Under the pieces are notes generated by a model, which was not told the origin of the DNA, searched no databases, and saw only the letters and a list, made by a program, of their open reading frames with translations. DNA of 63,304 nucleotides, filler included, from Collodictyon triciliatum (taxonomy: Eukaryota), in the NCBI GenBank assembly GCA_043381765.1. It is 5 parts of 5 records of this genome, joined end to end, with 100 filler letters (N's around TTAATTAATTAA, not from the genome) between each part and the next. Parts side by side here need not be neighbours in the genome. Positions count along the whole stretch, not along the records: positions 26,525 to 39,682 come from JBHJMP010002044.1; positions 39,783 to 52,922 come from JBHJMP010002045.1; 3 more parts are not named here. One strand, given 5' to 3'. Position 1 is the first letter of the stretch; each line of letters begins with the position of its first letter. Shown in pieces: positions 33,435 to 46,100 of this stretch. Both the position numbers and the translations under genes were made by a program.

Positions 33435-35332
33435 TTATGATGAAAATTAAATAGTCCTTACATGCGACGTCCTTAAGCGTGAGACAAAGCTCTGAATCCA
33501 ATGATGGAGACGCATATTATGCTGAAGCTCTTTCGTGTATGAGGTACGGAAATGCCGCTCAAATGACAAACTACCTTCGCTGTGCTTCATTCGAGGGGCA
33601 CCAAAGATCAAAGTACCTGCTCGCGAGATGTTTGATCGAAGGCATAGGAACTGACCCTGATTATCAAAAAGCCAAAGAACTTCTGGAAGAGGTTCTAGAC
33701 TCCAACTCCCAGGATAAGCGATACGAATCATTATTACAATCGGGCTTAGAGTTTATCAACTCGAACAAAAGAATAGACATGCAGTCAAGTGGTAGACACT
33801 TTAATGAACACGAGCCTCCAATGATAGCAGCAGAAGCGGGTTTGTTATACGGACATGTTGCTTACCGTGAGTTTAGTGCATTTGCAATAGCTTTGATGCT
33901 CCTCTATGAAAAGCATCCAACACTTGCACTGTGGCCTCGCAAGCGTGAAGTTGCTGAGGATTATATGCACTTAATTCGCCAATATGAAGGCAGAGTACAC
34001 TATAGAACTCTGGACCGAATGTTACTTCTTGGTCAAAGTTATGTGGGTTTTCTTGAAATCGTGTCCATGATTTACGCGCATCGCCTTATTGGCTTGGAAA
34101 CTTACAGAGATTATAATAGCAAACATCATTTCTATGATGCTGAAGTTAACCCACCTCCAGAAACGCTGGTGAATACAGCGTGTGTCCAGATTGCAGACCA
34201 GGCGGCCTTGGATAGGTTGGATAATCAAGCTGCATTTTACTTTTCAGAATTATTGTCCCGCCTTGGAAGAGGCTCAGCTATGATTCAGCTGGGGCAGTGT
34301 TTTGAAAATGGGTTATATGACAGACAGACTTTAGCAGAGGGAGAAAAGCTGAAGAGAGCAGAAAAATGGTACCGGCAAGCTGCGATGTATGGTCGCCCAG
34401 ATGCATTTTATCGCGTTGCCGTGTGCCTACGAAAGAGTGGCTATGGAGAGGAGAAGAGATTCCTAATCGCAAACTTTGATTCACACGCAGCTAACCTTGG
34501 GTGTAATACAGCGCAATCAAATATTGCTAGCTACCAATTGGAGGCTGCACGAACGCCCGAGAATCGGTACCAGGCATACATCCTTCATCTCCACGCTGCA
34601 CTGAGGGGCAATGCAGAGAGTCAGTATGCCATCGGTGAAATGGCGCTGGCCATTTCCGTGGTTTCATTACAACGAGCTGATTTCTGGCGTTTTCATGGTC
34701 TACGCTGGCTCAATCAGGCCGCTGCAGATTGCCGACATCCTAAAGCTGCATGGACACTGGCTCTTTATTATCTCAATCTAGTCGCCACGTCGAGAGACTC
34801 TGAGAATTATAAGGATTTAAATGCAGCCCTGGAATACCTTGAACTTGTTTGTCAGTCGTTATCCAGCGGCCGCGGTCAATTTGATAGTGGAATAGTGTAC
34901 TACTATATCGGTATATGTCACGCAAAGCTCTCGAAAGTCCCAGACGCCCGTATTGCTGTCCATGAGCACCTAAAGAACGCTTGTTATTATTTCAAAGAAG
35001 CCTATACGAATCATCGAAATCTGAGTGCGGGATACGAGCTGGCCTTTTTCTACAAAAGCGGTATTGTGGTTGGACAGAACTACGATCATTATTTTCATAT
35101 TATGAAGTATCTTGCCGACCAGAACCATGCTTATGCCTGCTACCACTACGCGCTTGACGTCATGGGACTTGATAATGCGGAAGGACTGCGGTACCTCCGT
35201 GTTGCCGCTGAGAAAGGTGTCCGTGAAGCCATCAGGGATTACGCCAACTGTCTGATATTCTACAGCGGTTACATTCCAGCTGATTATGTCTCATGGTGGG
35301 TTGATAAAGCCAGGTCAATGGGCTTATTCTAA
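31780..35332 (+). CDS. TKL-like protein kinase fused to Sel1-like repeats, join(31780..33096,33455..35332)
   Basis: Kinase motifs AEGGFG, VIKK, HRDIKSDN, DFG, RWFGPE, DVFALG. Phase-0 donor GAT|GTGAGT and acceptor AATAG|TCC put ORF 33479-35332 in frame. That ORF has Sel1 motifs (SKYLLARCLIEGIGTDPDYQKAKELL; AMIQLGQCFENG; AEKWYRQAA). Confidence 0.8.
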
Positions 35333-36070
35333 CGTGTGCTCCTCCATCTAAATTCAAACTGGGACTATGCAAAGGTATTCGCACCATACTAACTCCATTC
35401 ATATGTTTGCTTCGAAAACTTTTGGAAAAAAAAATAAACAATACAAACTCCCTCACCCTCCTGCCAAGGAAAAAACCAATAATAATAATTCATTCTGGAA
35501 GTAGGCCTCTCAACCAAATCATCGTAAAGATGATGCCAACCCCACCAGTTCAATCAAGAGCACTTTTCGTCCCATTTACTTTCCTTTGCTCCCAAAAGAA
35601 GAGAAAAGAAAGAAACTCTATCCAAAACTTCATAAAATGAAGCCACAGTTTAGAGCGTCAAATAAATGCTGAGGCACTTTTTCTTCGCTTCTAAGGTGTG
35701 ATTATGTTTCGATACTGCGATTTGCCTGTTAAGCGGAAAGGAAGAAAGGAAACAGAGGTACAAAATCGCTTGTCCGCAGGCAAACTCGCCAAAGTAGCCA
35801 ACCGACATCGCAAGATACGACACCCAAGCCCAGAAGGGTTCGATCCAAGTCGCAACACTTTCTCTGAAAACCTTTTGCGCTGCCTGCCTCGTCTGATCGT
35901 TGCGTGTCGTCTGCCACTGCTTCGATCAGTCCGCCGATCAAAGAGAGCAGCGAGTCAGACCTTCAAACCCCGATCACAGAATATGCCCAAGCGGTCACAA
36001 GAATAAATGAGTTATTTTATTTCATGATTAATAATTAAAAAAAGAAAAAACGTGCATACTAGCAGAGCCC

Positions 36071-37534
36071 ATGAATCCAAACCACCCATCCAACGCACCG
36101 ACGGGCAACTCGTTCCAAAGCCACTCACCAGCTCAACCGCCGCTCTCGATACATCCACACGGACACGGACAATCCCATTCTCATTCTCACCCTCACCCTC
36201 ATCCTCATTCTCATTCTCACTCTCATTCGCACGCGCCTTACTCATCTGCGTCGATGCAGCCGCCTCCGGCCTCACGTCTGGGCCTTCCACAACCCCAGTC
36301 TCAGCCTCAGTCCCAGTCTCAGCCTCAGTCTCAATCTCAGTCTCAGCCCCAGTCTCAGTCTCAGTCTCAGTCTCAGTCTCAGTCTCAATCACAATCTCAA
36401 ACACAGCCTCAGTCTCAGTCTCAGGGACATGGGCAAGGACAAGGACAACCGCAGTCGCAACTGCAAATGCCGACTCCGCCCCAAAACACAGGCCAAAGTG
36501 CTGCAGCAAACTCTGCAACCGGCCCAAATATGCCGGCCCCGCAGAATGCATCGGCGGCTACAAAGGGTGGCACAAGTCATGGTCCGCCGGATGAGGATTC
36601 GTTTGTCCTGCGGTATTTGCAAACTCGTGGATATCGCCATACAGAGGAGGCGCTCAAGAAGGAGATGCAGTTTGCCGTGGCCTCTTTGTCCAAGGAGGCT
36701 GCGTCTGAGGCCTCTGCATCGATGCGCCAGTTTATATCGCTCTATAACTCAGAAGAGAAGACGGCGGAGCAGATTATTGACCACTACTCGCGCCTTCGTG
36801 ATTGGACTCATCAGTCCCTGGATAAGTACAAGGTGCATTCTACTTGATTACGCATTCTGTTGTTTTTGATTTGACTTGGTTTGATTTGTTTGATTTGTTT
36901 GGTTTGTTTGGTTTGATTTGATTTCATTCAATTTCATTTAATTTGATTTGATTTGTTTGATTTGATTTGATTTGATTTGATTTGATTTGATTTGATTTGA
37001 TTTGATTTGGGTGAATGGTAACCAGTTTCTAGTTGCGATGAGATTTTTTCTCGAAAAATATGGATCTTCTATTGTGATTTTGTGTGCATGTCTCTCTTTT
37101 TTTTTTTATTTTTATCACAGCCATGTTTGTTGATCATCCCACATACTAATAAGTAATTATCACGACTTCTTAACACTTTGTTTTGATTCTTTTAGCCAGA
37201 ATTACTCAGTATCCTGTATCCAATTTTTGTGCATCTATATCTGGATTTGGTGCAGAGGGGAACATCTAATTGTATGTGAAAATTCTTCAGTACTAAACTT
37301 GACCAGCAATAATCACTGAGATTAAGGAATATCCCATCAAAATAATGCGACTGTTAATTCCAACTATATGCGCAATAAATTTGGGGTTTTTCTTTTTTTG
37401 GCCTCGATTTGGCTGCTCTCAATAGAGAATGAAATTAGAAGCTTATTTCCAGTCTCTTTTCTCTTTTTCTCTTTTTCTCTTTTTCTCTTTTTCTCTTTTT
37501 CTCTTTTTCTCTTTTTCTCTTTTTCTCTTTTTCT

Positions 37535-37579
<45 letters not shown>

Positions 37580-39567
37580 CTCTCTCTTCTCTCTCCCTCT
37601 CTTTTTCTCTTTCTCTCTTTTTCTCTTTTTCTCTTTTTCTCTTTTTCTCTTTTTCTCTTTTTCTCTTCTCTCTTCTCTCTTCTCTCTTCTCTCTTCTCTC
37701 TTCTCTCTTCTCTCTTCTCTCTTCTCTCTTCAACCATATCAAGTCATGGCGCTAAAGCAAAAACTATACAACTAGTGAGGTATACATTCTACGAAAGGTT
37801 CGTGTCCGACTTTAAGGCCTCTCACAATGACGATTTATTGACACTTCAGTTGATTAGCAGCCCCCACCACCTGAACGAAAACGATCTAGCAGTTGCCTTT
37901 AGAACGCATCGATATGTCGTTCGTGTCTCTTCCTTTTCCATGCACCTACTCGCAGGTTTTCTTCATGACTCCAAATTCATGAAGATATTGGGCATTCTGA
38001 ACCAGCATGTAGACATTAAAGGTTTTCTTGAATGCAATCACATATATATATATAATACACATATAAGTGCTCCTAATTTAGTACTTCTTTTAGCCTTCTT
38101 TATTTTTCCTGTGTTTCAAGTAATCATACGCACCCATGCGCTTCAATCATTTGAAGAATATTTATTGATTTTCTTTTTAGTTAATGAATCCCAAGGGCAA
38201 GGCTCCGCTCTCGAAGACGAAGGCAGCCTTCAATCTAATCAGCTAGCTACTGGACTTCCAGTTAATCAAACTGCGATTCACTGGGGCACTATTGAGGATG
38301 CCTCTATTGTATCTCCTGCACTGCTATCCAAGCGGGATTTCAAATATGTACACGAAACTTTATCATATATACAACTAATGCCATTTTATTCAACTAACCT
38401 AAAGTGTCGAATTTTCTCTTTTACCTGCCTTCAATCGACACTATACTTCCTAACAAAATGCTAAAATTAATATAGGATTCAAATTTATCAAAGAAATTGA
38501 AAAAAGATACTGCTATAGAGAAGCAAGGAGAATTGCCGAATGTGCCTTTACCTAAGCGGTTGGAGCATTGTTTTTATATAAGAAATCATAATTGTGTATC
38601 ATAAATAGATTTCAAATGCTTATTCATCACATAGTATTTCCTATCTCTTCCTCCCATTACTTGTTCGATTGGTCATTAATGGGCCCACAACTACAGCAAC
38701 TGTGAGTTGGAATCAAAAGTGATTGATGAGTTGAAGCAGAAGATAAATGCCAGTCCAGGATCTTTGCCCAGCATATGCTTCCATACTTTCCTCAACACTT
38801 ACCACGGGTAAACTCAAATACTCCAACTCACACTTTTATCTCCATACTTCCTTTTCAGATATAATTCAAATTAAGCTGCTCTCGTATCTTTTCTATTTAT
38901 TTTTTTTACCACGCGTGAAATTATGTGAAAGATTTTATATATTCACTTATGTTTGCATGTGCATACAGCCTTAATACAGTTGAGTTGTCAAAGGACGCCA
39001 CGTACGTAGTCGCCGGATTCGCAGATTCTACTGTCAAGTTCTGGAACTTGGAAAACTCCACTGACGGAGGTTTACCCATGCACATACCTCAACTCTAACG
39101 AGTCTTGTTGAAATGGAAAAAGTCATTCGATAAAGAGATTAACCTCATATAGACAAAGGCAAACTCAACAAAGAAGAAGCTGCGGTTTGTCACACATTGA
39201 TTGGGCACAGTGGACCTGTGTTTGGTGCACATCTGAGCCCCGATAACCAATATATGGTCACTTGCTCCGAGGATGCAACAGGTAGTGAGATAGTTATTTT
39301 CCCTAGACTACAGCAAGACACTTCGAATTGTATATTGAGCGCTGCAAATAATTATAATAATGATAATATATTCTTCAAAACAAGAAATGAAATGCCCGAT
39401 TGAACTTTTTAATACCGCACTTGGGTATATCGATAGTTCGACTTTGGAGTTTGCCAATGAAAAAGAATCTGGTGGCATATCGCGGACACAACTACCCGAT
39501 ATGGGACGTGCAATTCAGCCCAGTCGGTTACTATTTCGCTAGTGCATCCCATGACAAGACAGCAAGG
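36071..39567 (+). CDS. TAF5: TFIID subunit 5 (3'-partial, multi-exon)
   Basis: LisH ([20 protein letters not shown]), NTD2 ([35 protein letters not shown]), [11 protein letters not shown], and WD40s [28 protein letters not shown] and [30 protein letters not shown]. His- and QS-rich N-terminal extension. Confidence 0.92.
37453..37730. repeat. CT-rich compound microsatellite in a TAF5 intron
   Basis: (CTCTTTTT)n, (CT)n and (CTCTCTT)n. Confidence 0.9.
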
Positions 39568-39682
39568 TTATTGAATAACTTTCTCTTTTTCTCTCTTTTT
39601 CTCTCTTTTTCTCTCTTTTTCTCTCTTTTTCTCTCTTTTTCTCTCTTTTTCTCTCTTTTTCTCTCTTTTTCTCTCTTTTTCT

Positions 39683-39782
39683 NNNNNNNNNNNNNNNNNN
39701 NNNNNNNNNNNNNNNNNNNNNNNNNNTTAATTAATTAANNNNNNNNNNNNNNNNNNNNNNNNNNNNNNNNNNNNNNNNNNNN
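39683..39782. other. Artificial contig spacer
   Basis: N44-TTAATTAATTAA-N44. Confidence 0.98.
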
Positions 39783-39978
39783 AAAAAGAAAGAAAAAGAA
39801 AGAAAAAGAAAGAAAAAGAAAGAAAAAGAAAGAAAAAGAAAGAAAAAGAAAGAAAAAGAAAGAAAAAGAAAGAAAAAGAAGGAAGAAAAGAAAGAAAAGA
39901 AAGAAAAGAAAGAAAAGAAAGAAAGAAAAGAAAGAAAGAAAAGAAAGAAAGAAAGAAAGAAAGAAAAGAAAGAAAGAA

Positions 39979-40022
<44 letters not shown>

Positions 40023-40078
40023 AAAGAAAGAAAAGAAAGAAAAGAAAGAAAAGAAAAGAAAAGAAGAGAAAGAAAGAA
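39783..40078. repeat. (AAAG)n-type purine tract at contig start
   Basis: Direct inspection. Confidence 0.95.
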
Positions 40079-40152
40079 ATAGGCCTTATCATTTTAATTC
40101 AGTCTTTGGTTGTTGCTGTTGTTGTTTTTCAATTAAAGTTACCTATCAATAG

Positions 40153-40174
40153 GAATCGAATAAAGGAAAAAAAT
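40153..40174 (+). mobile_element. Micro-insertion GAATCGAATAAAGG-An with 16-bp TSD that duplicates a splice donor
   Basis: AGTTACCTATCAATAG occurs at 40137-40152 and 40175-40190. Confidence 0.75.
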
Positions 40175-40180
40175 AGTTAC

Positions 40181-43100
40181 CTATCAATAGACAAGTAGAC
40201 CTTTGATAGATTGTTTAAAGCTACAGCCACGAAGGGATCATTAAGTCCGAGATTCTTCTCTAGAAGCCTTCTTGCCTTTTCGTATGACTCAGCTGCCTCA
40301 AAATACCTTGATTAAGGAAAATTTACTATTAATCAAGATCGAAAATTTGGTACGATATAGTTTGTTTCATTATATATTTTGGAAAAAATAAATAAATAAT
40401 AATAAAAAAAGAAAAATAAAGAGATATCGTTGTCTCAGTAAACTGTATTGAAGGTGAATAGGTATCATAGTAATGGCACGATATATGGAAAATGAACTTC
40501 TTTTCCGCATAAAGTATATGTCCTAGGCTTTGCAGAGAAGTTGCCATAATTGGGTGGTCGTGGCTAGCTTTTTTCAAGCGTATCTCCATCGACATATCAT
40601 ACTGAGTTTTTGCTGCGCCAATCCTAACGCAAGAATAAATGCTCCATAAATATTACTTCTTTTAACTTATTAGGTATATAATATAATTGAAAACCAACAA
40701 AGCTGAGATACGTACATGTTTTGTGTGAGATATAGATTTCCCAGAAGATCGTAGGATGCGGCTGTTTGGATCTCTTGTGGTCCAAAGGTTTCCTTTCGAA
40801 TATTGAGAGCCTTCTCGTATTCGATTTTTGCAGAATCATATCTGTAAGAAGAACATAATTTTTTCCTTCATATAATTTTTTCTGGATACTCTCAGCAATT
40901 TAGAAGAATATAAAAAGACTTTAAATTTTTGATATAATTTTTCTAGATACTTGGAAGTACTTCTAGACTTACTCTCCCTCTTTTTCATATAAGTAGCCTA
41001 TCTCATCATGAAGGTGGGCAATAGATTCATCTGATTCAGGCTCGTATTGTTGTTTCAAAGATAAACACATCTGAAAGCATTTAATTGCTTCTCTCCAACT
41101 AGAAACAAAAGAAAACATTAAATAAATTAAATATGCTTACATCGGAGATAAGAGCTCGATATATATAATGTTTTGAATTACTTATATAGACTCCTATAAA
41201 CTTTTCCAAGATTCATGTACTCCAGAGTTTTGGATTCTGTTTTTTTTTTAAAAAAAAAATTATATGTTGTGGCTGTGCAGGATTTTTAATTAAATTTATT
41301 CCAGAACTGCGTTACTTTGAATCGAATAAAGGAAAAAAAATCCAGAGATGCGCTAAAATCTAAAATGACCTTCAGTGGTCCTTCTAGATATTCTTTGGAG
41401 TAGTACTGAGACAAGATAAGATATTTCAAAGGATTCCAAGAAAAAGTCTACTAGTGTATCACCGACCTTATCCAAAGACTGTATCGAGATTTTGTTATAA
41501 ATGGTTGTATTTGCGTTGTAGTTTCTTTCGAATTAAAAAAGTAACATAATGCAATCAATATATGACATGTAGCGAGTCAACAAGACTACTTTAATGGTGC
41601 CTCTATATGTATCCTTGTAATTTCCTATTCCTTTTGAGTGCAGCACTTTCCAACATCGGAAAAATTCATAGCGATGTGGTCCATTCAACATCTTAACGAT
41701 GACCTTTAATTTTGTTCGTTTGAGTTTTTCAGAAGATAACATAGATATTCTAATAATAATAATAATAATAATAATAGAGTAAATGGTAAGCCTTTTGTTG
41801 GATTGTCATATTTAGCATAAAACATTATACATTGTCAATCTTGAGATATTCTATGAGAAGCTCAAAGCTCTCTCCTTTGGAAAGCTGATAACATATCTCT
41901 GACACGATATCTTCGTCGGCATCCTCGTCAGTAGAGTATTTTCCGTACAACCAAATGCCATATGCTTTATGCATTTCCACTTTGTTTTTAGCCTCTTTGT
42001 AAAAATGGCTCTCTGTAGTGTCCATAAGCAGTTGATTGAAGTACATATAGCTATAAAAAAATATTACTAAACTTTATTGTTTTAAAAAGGTTAAATGTAT
42101 TATGAGAAAAACATATATATTTATGTGGTTTGAATTCTAGGCAGATTACCGTCCGTTATGAACGAATAAGTATTCCACTATCGTGAAGAAAAAGGATTTC
42201 CTGGTAGTAAAAAGTTTTAGCAAACCATTCCAACTAACCATGTACATCAACTCGGTTAGCTATGCTAGAGTATATGATTGCGAATTTTTACCACTTAGAA
42301 AAGTCAAAATTGTCTCCCATGGATGCTTCAACAAACTCATCCAAGTCCTCCTCACTCAGGCCAATACGTGATATAAATAGGACTTTCATGGATATATCTA
42401 CTATTTGTGAATCTAAAAGAGTATAAATTATTGAATTGAATGAAAGTACAATTGACAAGAAAATATTAGGGCAAATGTGTTTGCAGTGAATAGTACCTCT
42501 AAGATTCCACTTGATTTGCCATCGATTAATAATATACGAAAATAACTCAACAACTCCTTTTTTTGAAAGAAGTTTATCCATTTCAGCCTCTAGCTCGCTC
42601 TCTGGTCTTGCATTAACACCAAAGGCTTTGATTTCATCCAAAAGGATTCTCAGGTATAAAGGAAATCCTATTAAATTTTATGTTCGATTTTTCAGTTTTT
42701 CGTGTTATTAAGCGACTTTTTTCAGCTAAATAAATAGTAGAAAATTCATTATAATATCTCATTTCGAATTTTTCCGTATGATTAAAAGGTAAGCTCATTT
42801 TAAATGATATCAAGAGCCTTTTTTTTTAATCTTTAGAGATTTACTAGCTTTATGAAAAAATTCTAGTAGTAATTTGTAATTATCTTTGTAGTGTTGAAAG
42901 CATACCTGTGTCGCCGTGCCCCTCTAATATCATCCTTACTTGGCCTTTGCTCAGAATCTTATCGTATCGCTGAAGAAAGAGAGATGTACTTTCCTCTGCT
43001 TCTTCTTTGGCCAATTTATTCAGAAAAATAGGAATCAATCCTTGATCGATGGCTGCCTGCTCGAAGGAATTTCCCCACAAAGAGAAGAAAAAATTATTCG

Positions 43101-46100
43101 AAGACTTCAAGGGCAAATTAATACATGACAGGAGTTGTTTTTTTTTTCATTTATTCGATTCAAAGGAACACATGATAAGGGTCAAAGTTTTGAGAGTAGA
43201 ACTTTGAATCTTCATTTGATTTTCTTACCTTACAAGAGGGATGAGAATCGATGGTGGAAACCACCACTGCCACATTACTTGGTGCTCTCTTTGGTAGCCA
43301 ATGTAGTAAATGGGGCATAGGAAATTTACGCGATGGATGGATTTGATTAAGTCCATCGATAAGAATGATCAGCTTGTCTCTATTGTTAGTTAATTTTATG
43401 AATTTTTTATGCTATAATTTTTGTGGATATTTTACCGAATTTTTTTATTAAAAAAATAGAGGATAGAATCATTATCTTGGAAGAGGGTTTATTTCAAGGT
43501 TCAAATGAAAGAAAAAAGTGTTCTTGCCTGTTCCTTTGCTTGAAAACCTTGATGATGTCTTCAATATCTCCGCCTTATGAGTTGCAATTTATTAAAGTTA
43601 AAACAGACACAAATGTAAAAAAAAAAAAGGTTTCCAAAATTATTAAAATTCGCTTTGAATAATGCCCAAATGTAACACGTAATCTACCTTTTGAGATAGT
43701 TTGGTTTGATTTTATAATGCCGAATTTTCCCACAAATTTCCATAAACGAGTGAATATTCTATATAATTAGGGTTGCTTAAATTTTAACCATGTTTGGATT
43801 ATGGTTTGACATGCTTCGAAATTGAACAGAAACGACAAAAACAACAGATAATGATAACGATAATAAAGGCGCATTGTCTTATACTAACGTTTCAACGTAG
43901 CTTCGAGTATTCGTGCATCCGACAAAGTGATAGAATATATTGGTTTTCGAGTCTCCCGTTCTTTCAAGCTCCCGTATGGTGGCGGCGATGATGGATGATT
44001 TTCCGAAGCCAGGTTGAGCTGATATTAGTGTGATCATTTGATCGAGGTTTGTCAACTGCTCAGTGACCTAAGTTCGATATTGAGTTAGAATTGTCAAATC
44101 TTTATCGAATCGCTTTCATATTCGTATATATATTCATTAAAGTGTGATAAGAATTAAGAAGGAAAAAATACTTGATTGCTGATTTCTTTCAAAATTCCTG
44201 TTCGTCCTCCAAACCCAGTGAGTCGGTGCATTTTGTACTGATAATGAGCCAAATCTTCTGGGTCATGAATCTATCCCCGTTGAGATAAATTTGGTCATAT
44301 TACACAAAATAATAGGGTGAAAAAGTAAGCAATATTGTTTGGATTTGAATCGAATGAAGTGGGGAACAATATTGTTTGAAATGGAAACAAGTTCAATTAT
44401 ACTCGTTTCTAGTAGTACAATTGGCTTCTTTGGCAAGAGTTCAATTTTAAGTACCTCCTTAGAATTAAAGTCCCTGGAGATGGCGTACATAAGATGTGAT
44501 GTGATCATCTCAGAATAGTTCTTGGGGGTTTGGTAGGTATACACACCATACCGGTCTCTAATTTTTGCCTTCAGAGCAATTTGTTTTGTTTTCTAAACCG
44601 CGTGCATCATGGGTTAGGTTGTAGGGTTGTTCGAAAGTAAAAATATGAAGTTGATATTTTCAGTCTCCCTTGGTGTATAAATGTATGTCTATATATTTGA
44701 ATGTAGAGTAGGAGGAATCATATCTTACGTTTTCTTCACTTTCTACCGTGTAATTGTGGCTCTCTATTTCGCTCTCTGCGTTGGTGCTCTCATATTCCTC
44801 ATCTCTAAAGTAGAAGAAAGCTCTACTACAAGATGGGTTCTCCATCAAGGCGGCATAATGAACCTTTGATGTACGAGTTCTTTATAAGTAACTATCTTTT
44901 AAGGAATACACAGACATGCTATTGATTACGTTATAAAAGAATTGTGAGACGAATACATGTATTCGGAGCTATGAATTACTAATTATATAAATATGTGATA
45001 TTAGAGTGGTTGAAAAATACAAGAGTAAAAGGTACCTCATATTCAGTGACACTGAGACCGGGTATGGAATCTATAAAAGGATACCGGGTGTTGGTATCGC
45101 TACGCCACTCTACATGCACGTCTTTCATTGTGGCATCTATTTTGGTAATTTTCAAATCTTCCAATCGCTCTGCTTTGTTCAATTCTGTTTTGTTTGGATC
45201 AGGAACCCATCCATAACGAGTTCCAAGAGAACAGACAAGGTATTGACATTTTCCGATTGAATCTAAGCAACGAATTACCACCTACAATTATGATATTATT
45301 TCAGCTGTTGCATCCTCTTTGAATGTAATAAAGTGAGAAAAAAAAAGTTGTCGCATTCGTCTGACTAGAATCACCCATCCATTGTCAAAACATAACTTTC
45401 ACAAGTAAATAAATTACCCATCCTTCATAGCTTTCCATGGATTTTAGTCCCCAGCGCAAGTCGACAAAAACTAGTTCGAGGCCCTTAGACTTGGAAAATC
45501 TCTTCAATCTACACATTACATTTTAGAGATGGTGAATAAAAGTCGTACCAATAAGAAGCTAAAAAATTACATACAAAAGGAAAAATTTAAAAGAAATATA
45601 ATTCAAAACATCTCAACATTTTGTCTGTATCGAAACTTGATGGGATATCAACTTCATAGGGAGGATCATTTCAAAAAGAATGTCCATGCTTTGAGTCTTA
45701 CTCGACGACTCCGTTCTGAAAAAAGAAGTTTCTCTCTTTTTGCATGTGTTGAAAAGTTGAGGAGAGATAAACTCGGACGACACGCTGATCAAAAACAGAC
45801 TGGTCGAGCGGTTTCGGGGTTTCGTAGCGCTGAGGAGCAGGTATCCATTTTTTTAGCACTCGATTTTTATCGTTTCCTTGTAACATTTGAACCTAAAGAA
45901 TATTTGGCTGAATTGAGTGATGATTCCTTGGGAGTTGTTATTCTGGTTGTGAAAGAAAAATTTTGAAGGAAAGGAGAAACAGTGGCTCGAGTTTGTCCTT
46001 TTTAAATTGATACCTTATCCACCATAATACAAGTTCGGATCAACACAACAGATCCCTTCTCCTTTGGATGAAAGTCTACAAAATTTTCGTTAAAAAATCA

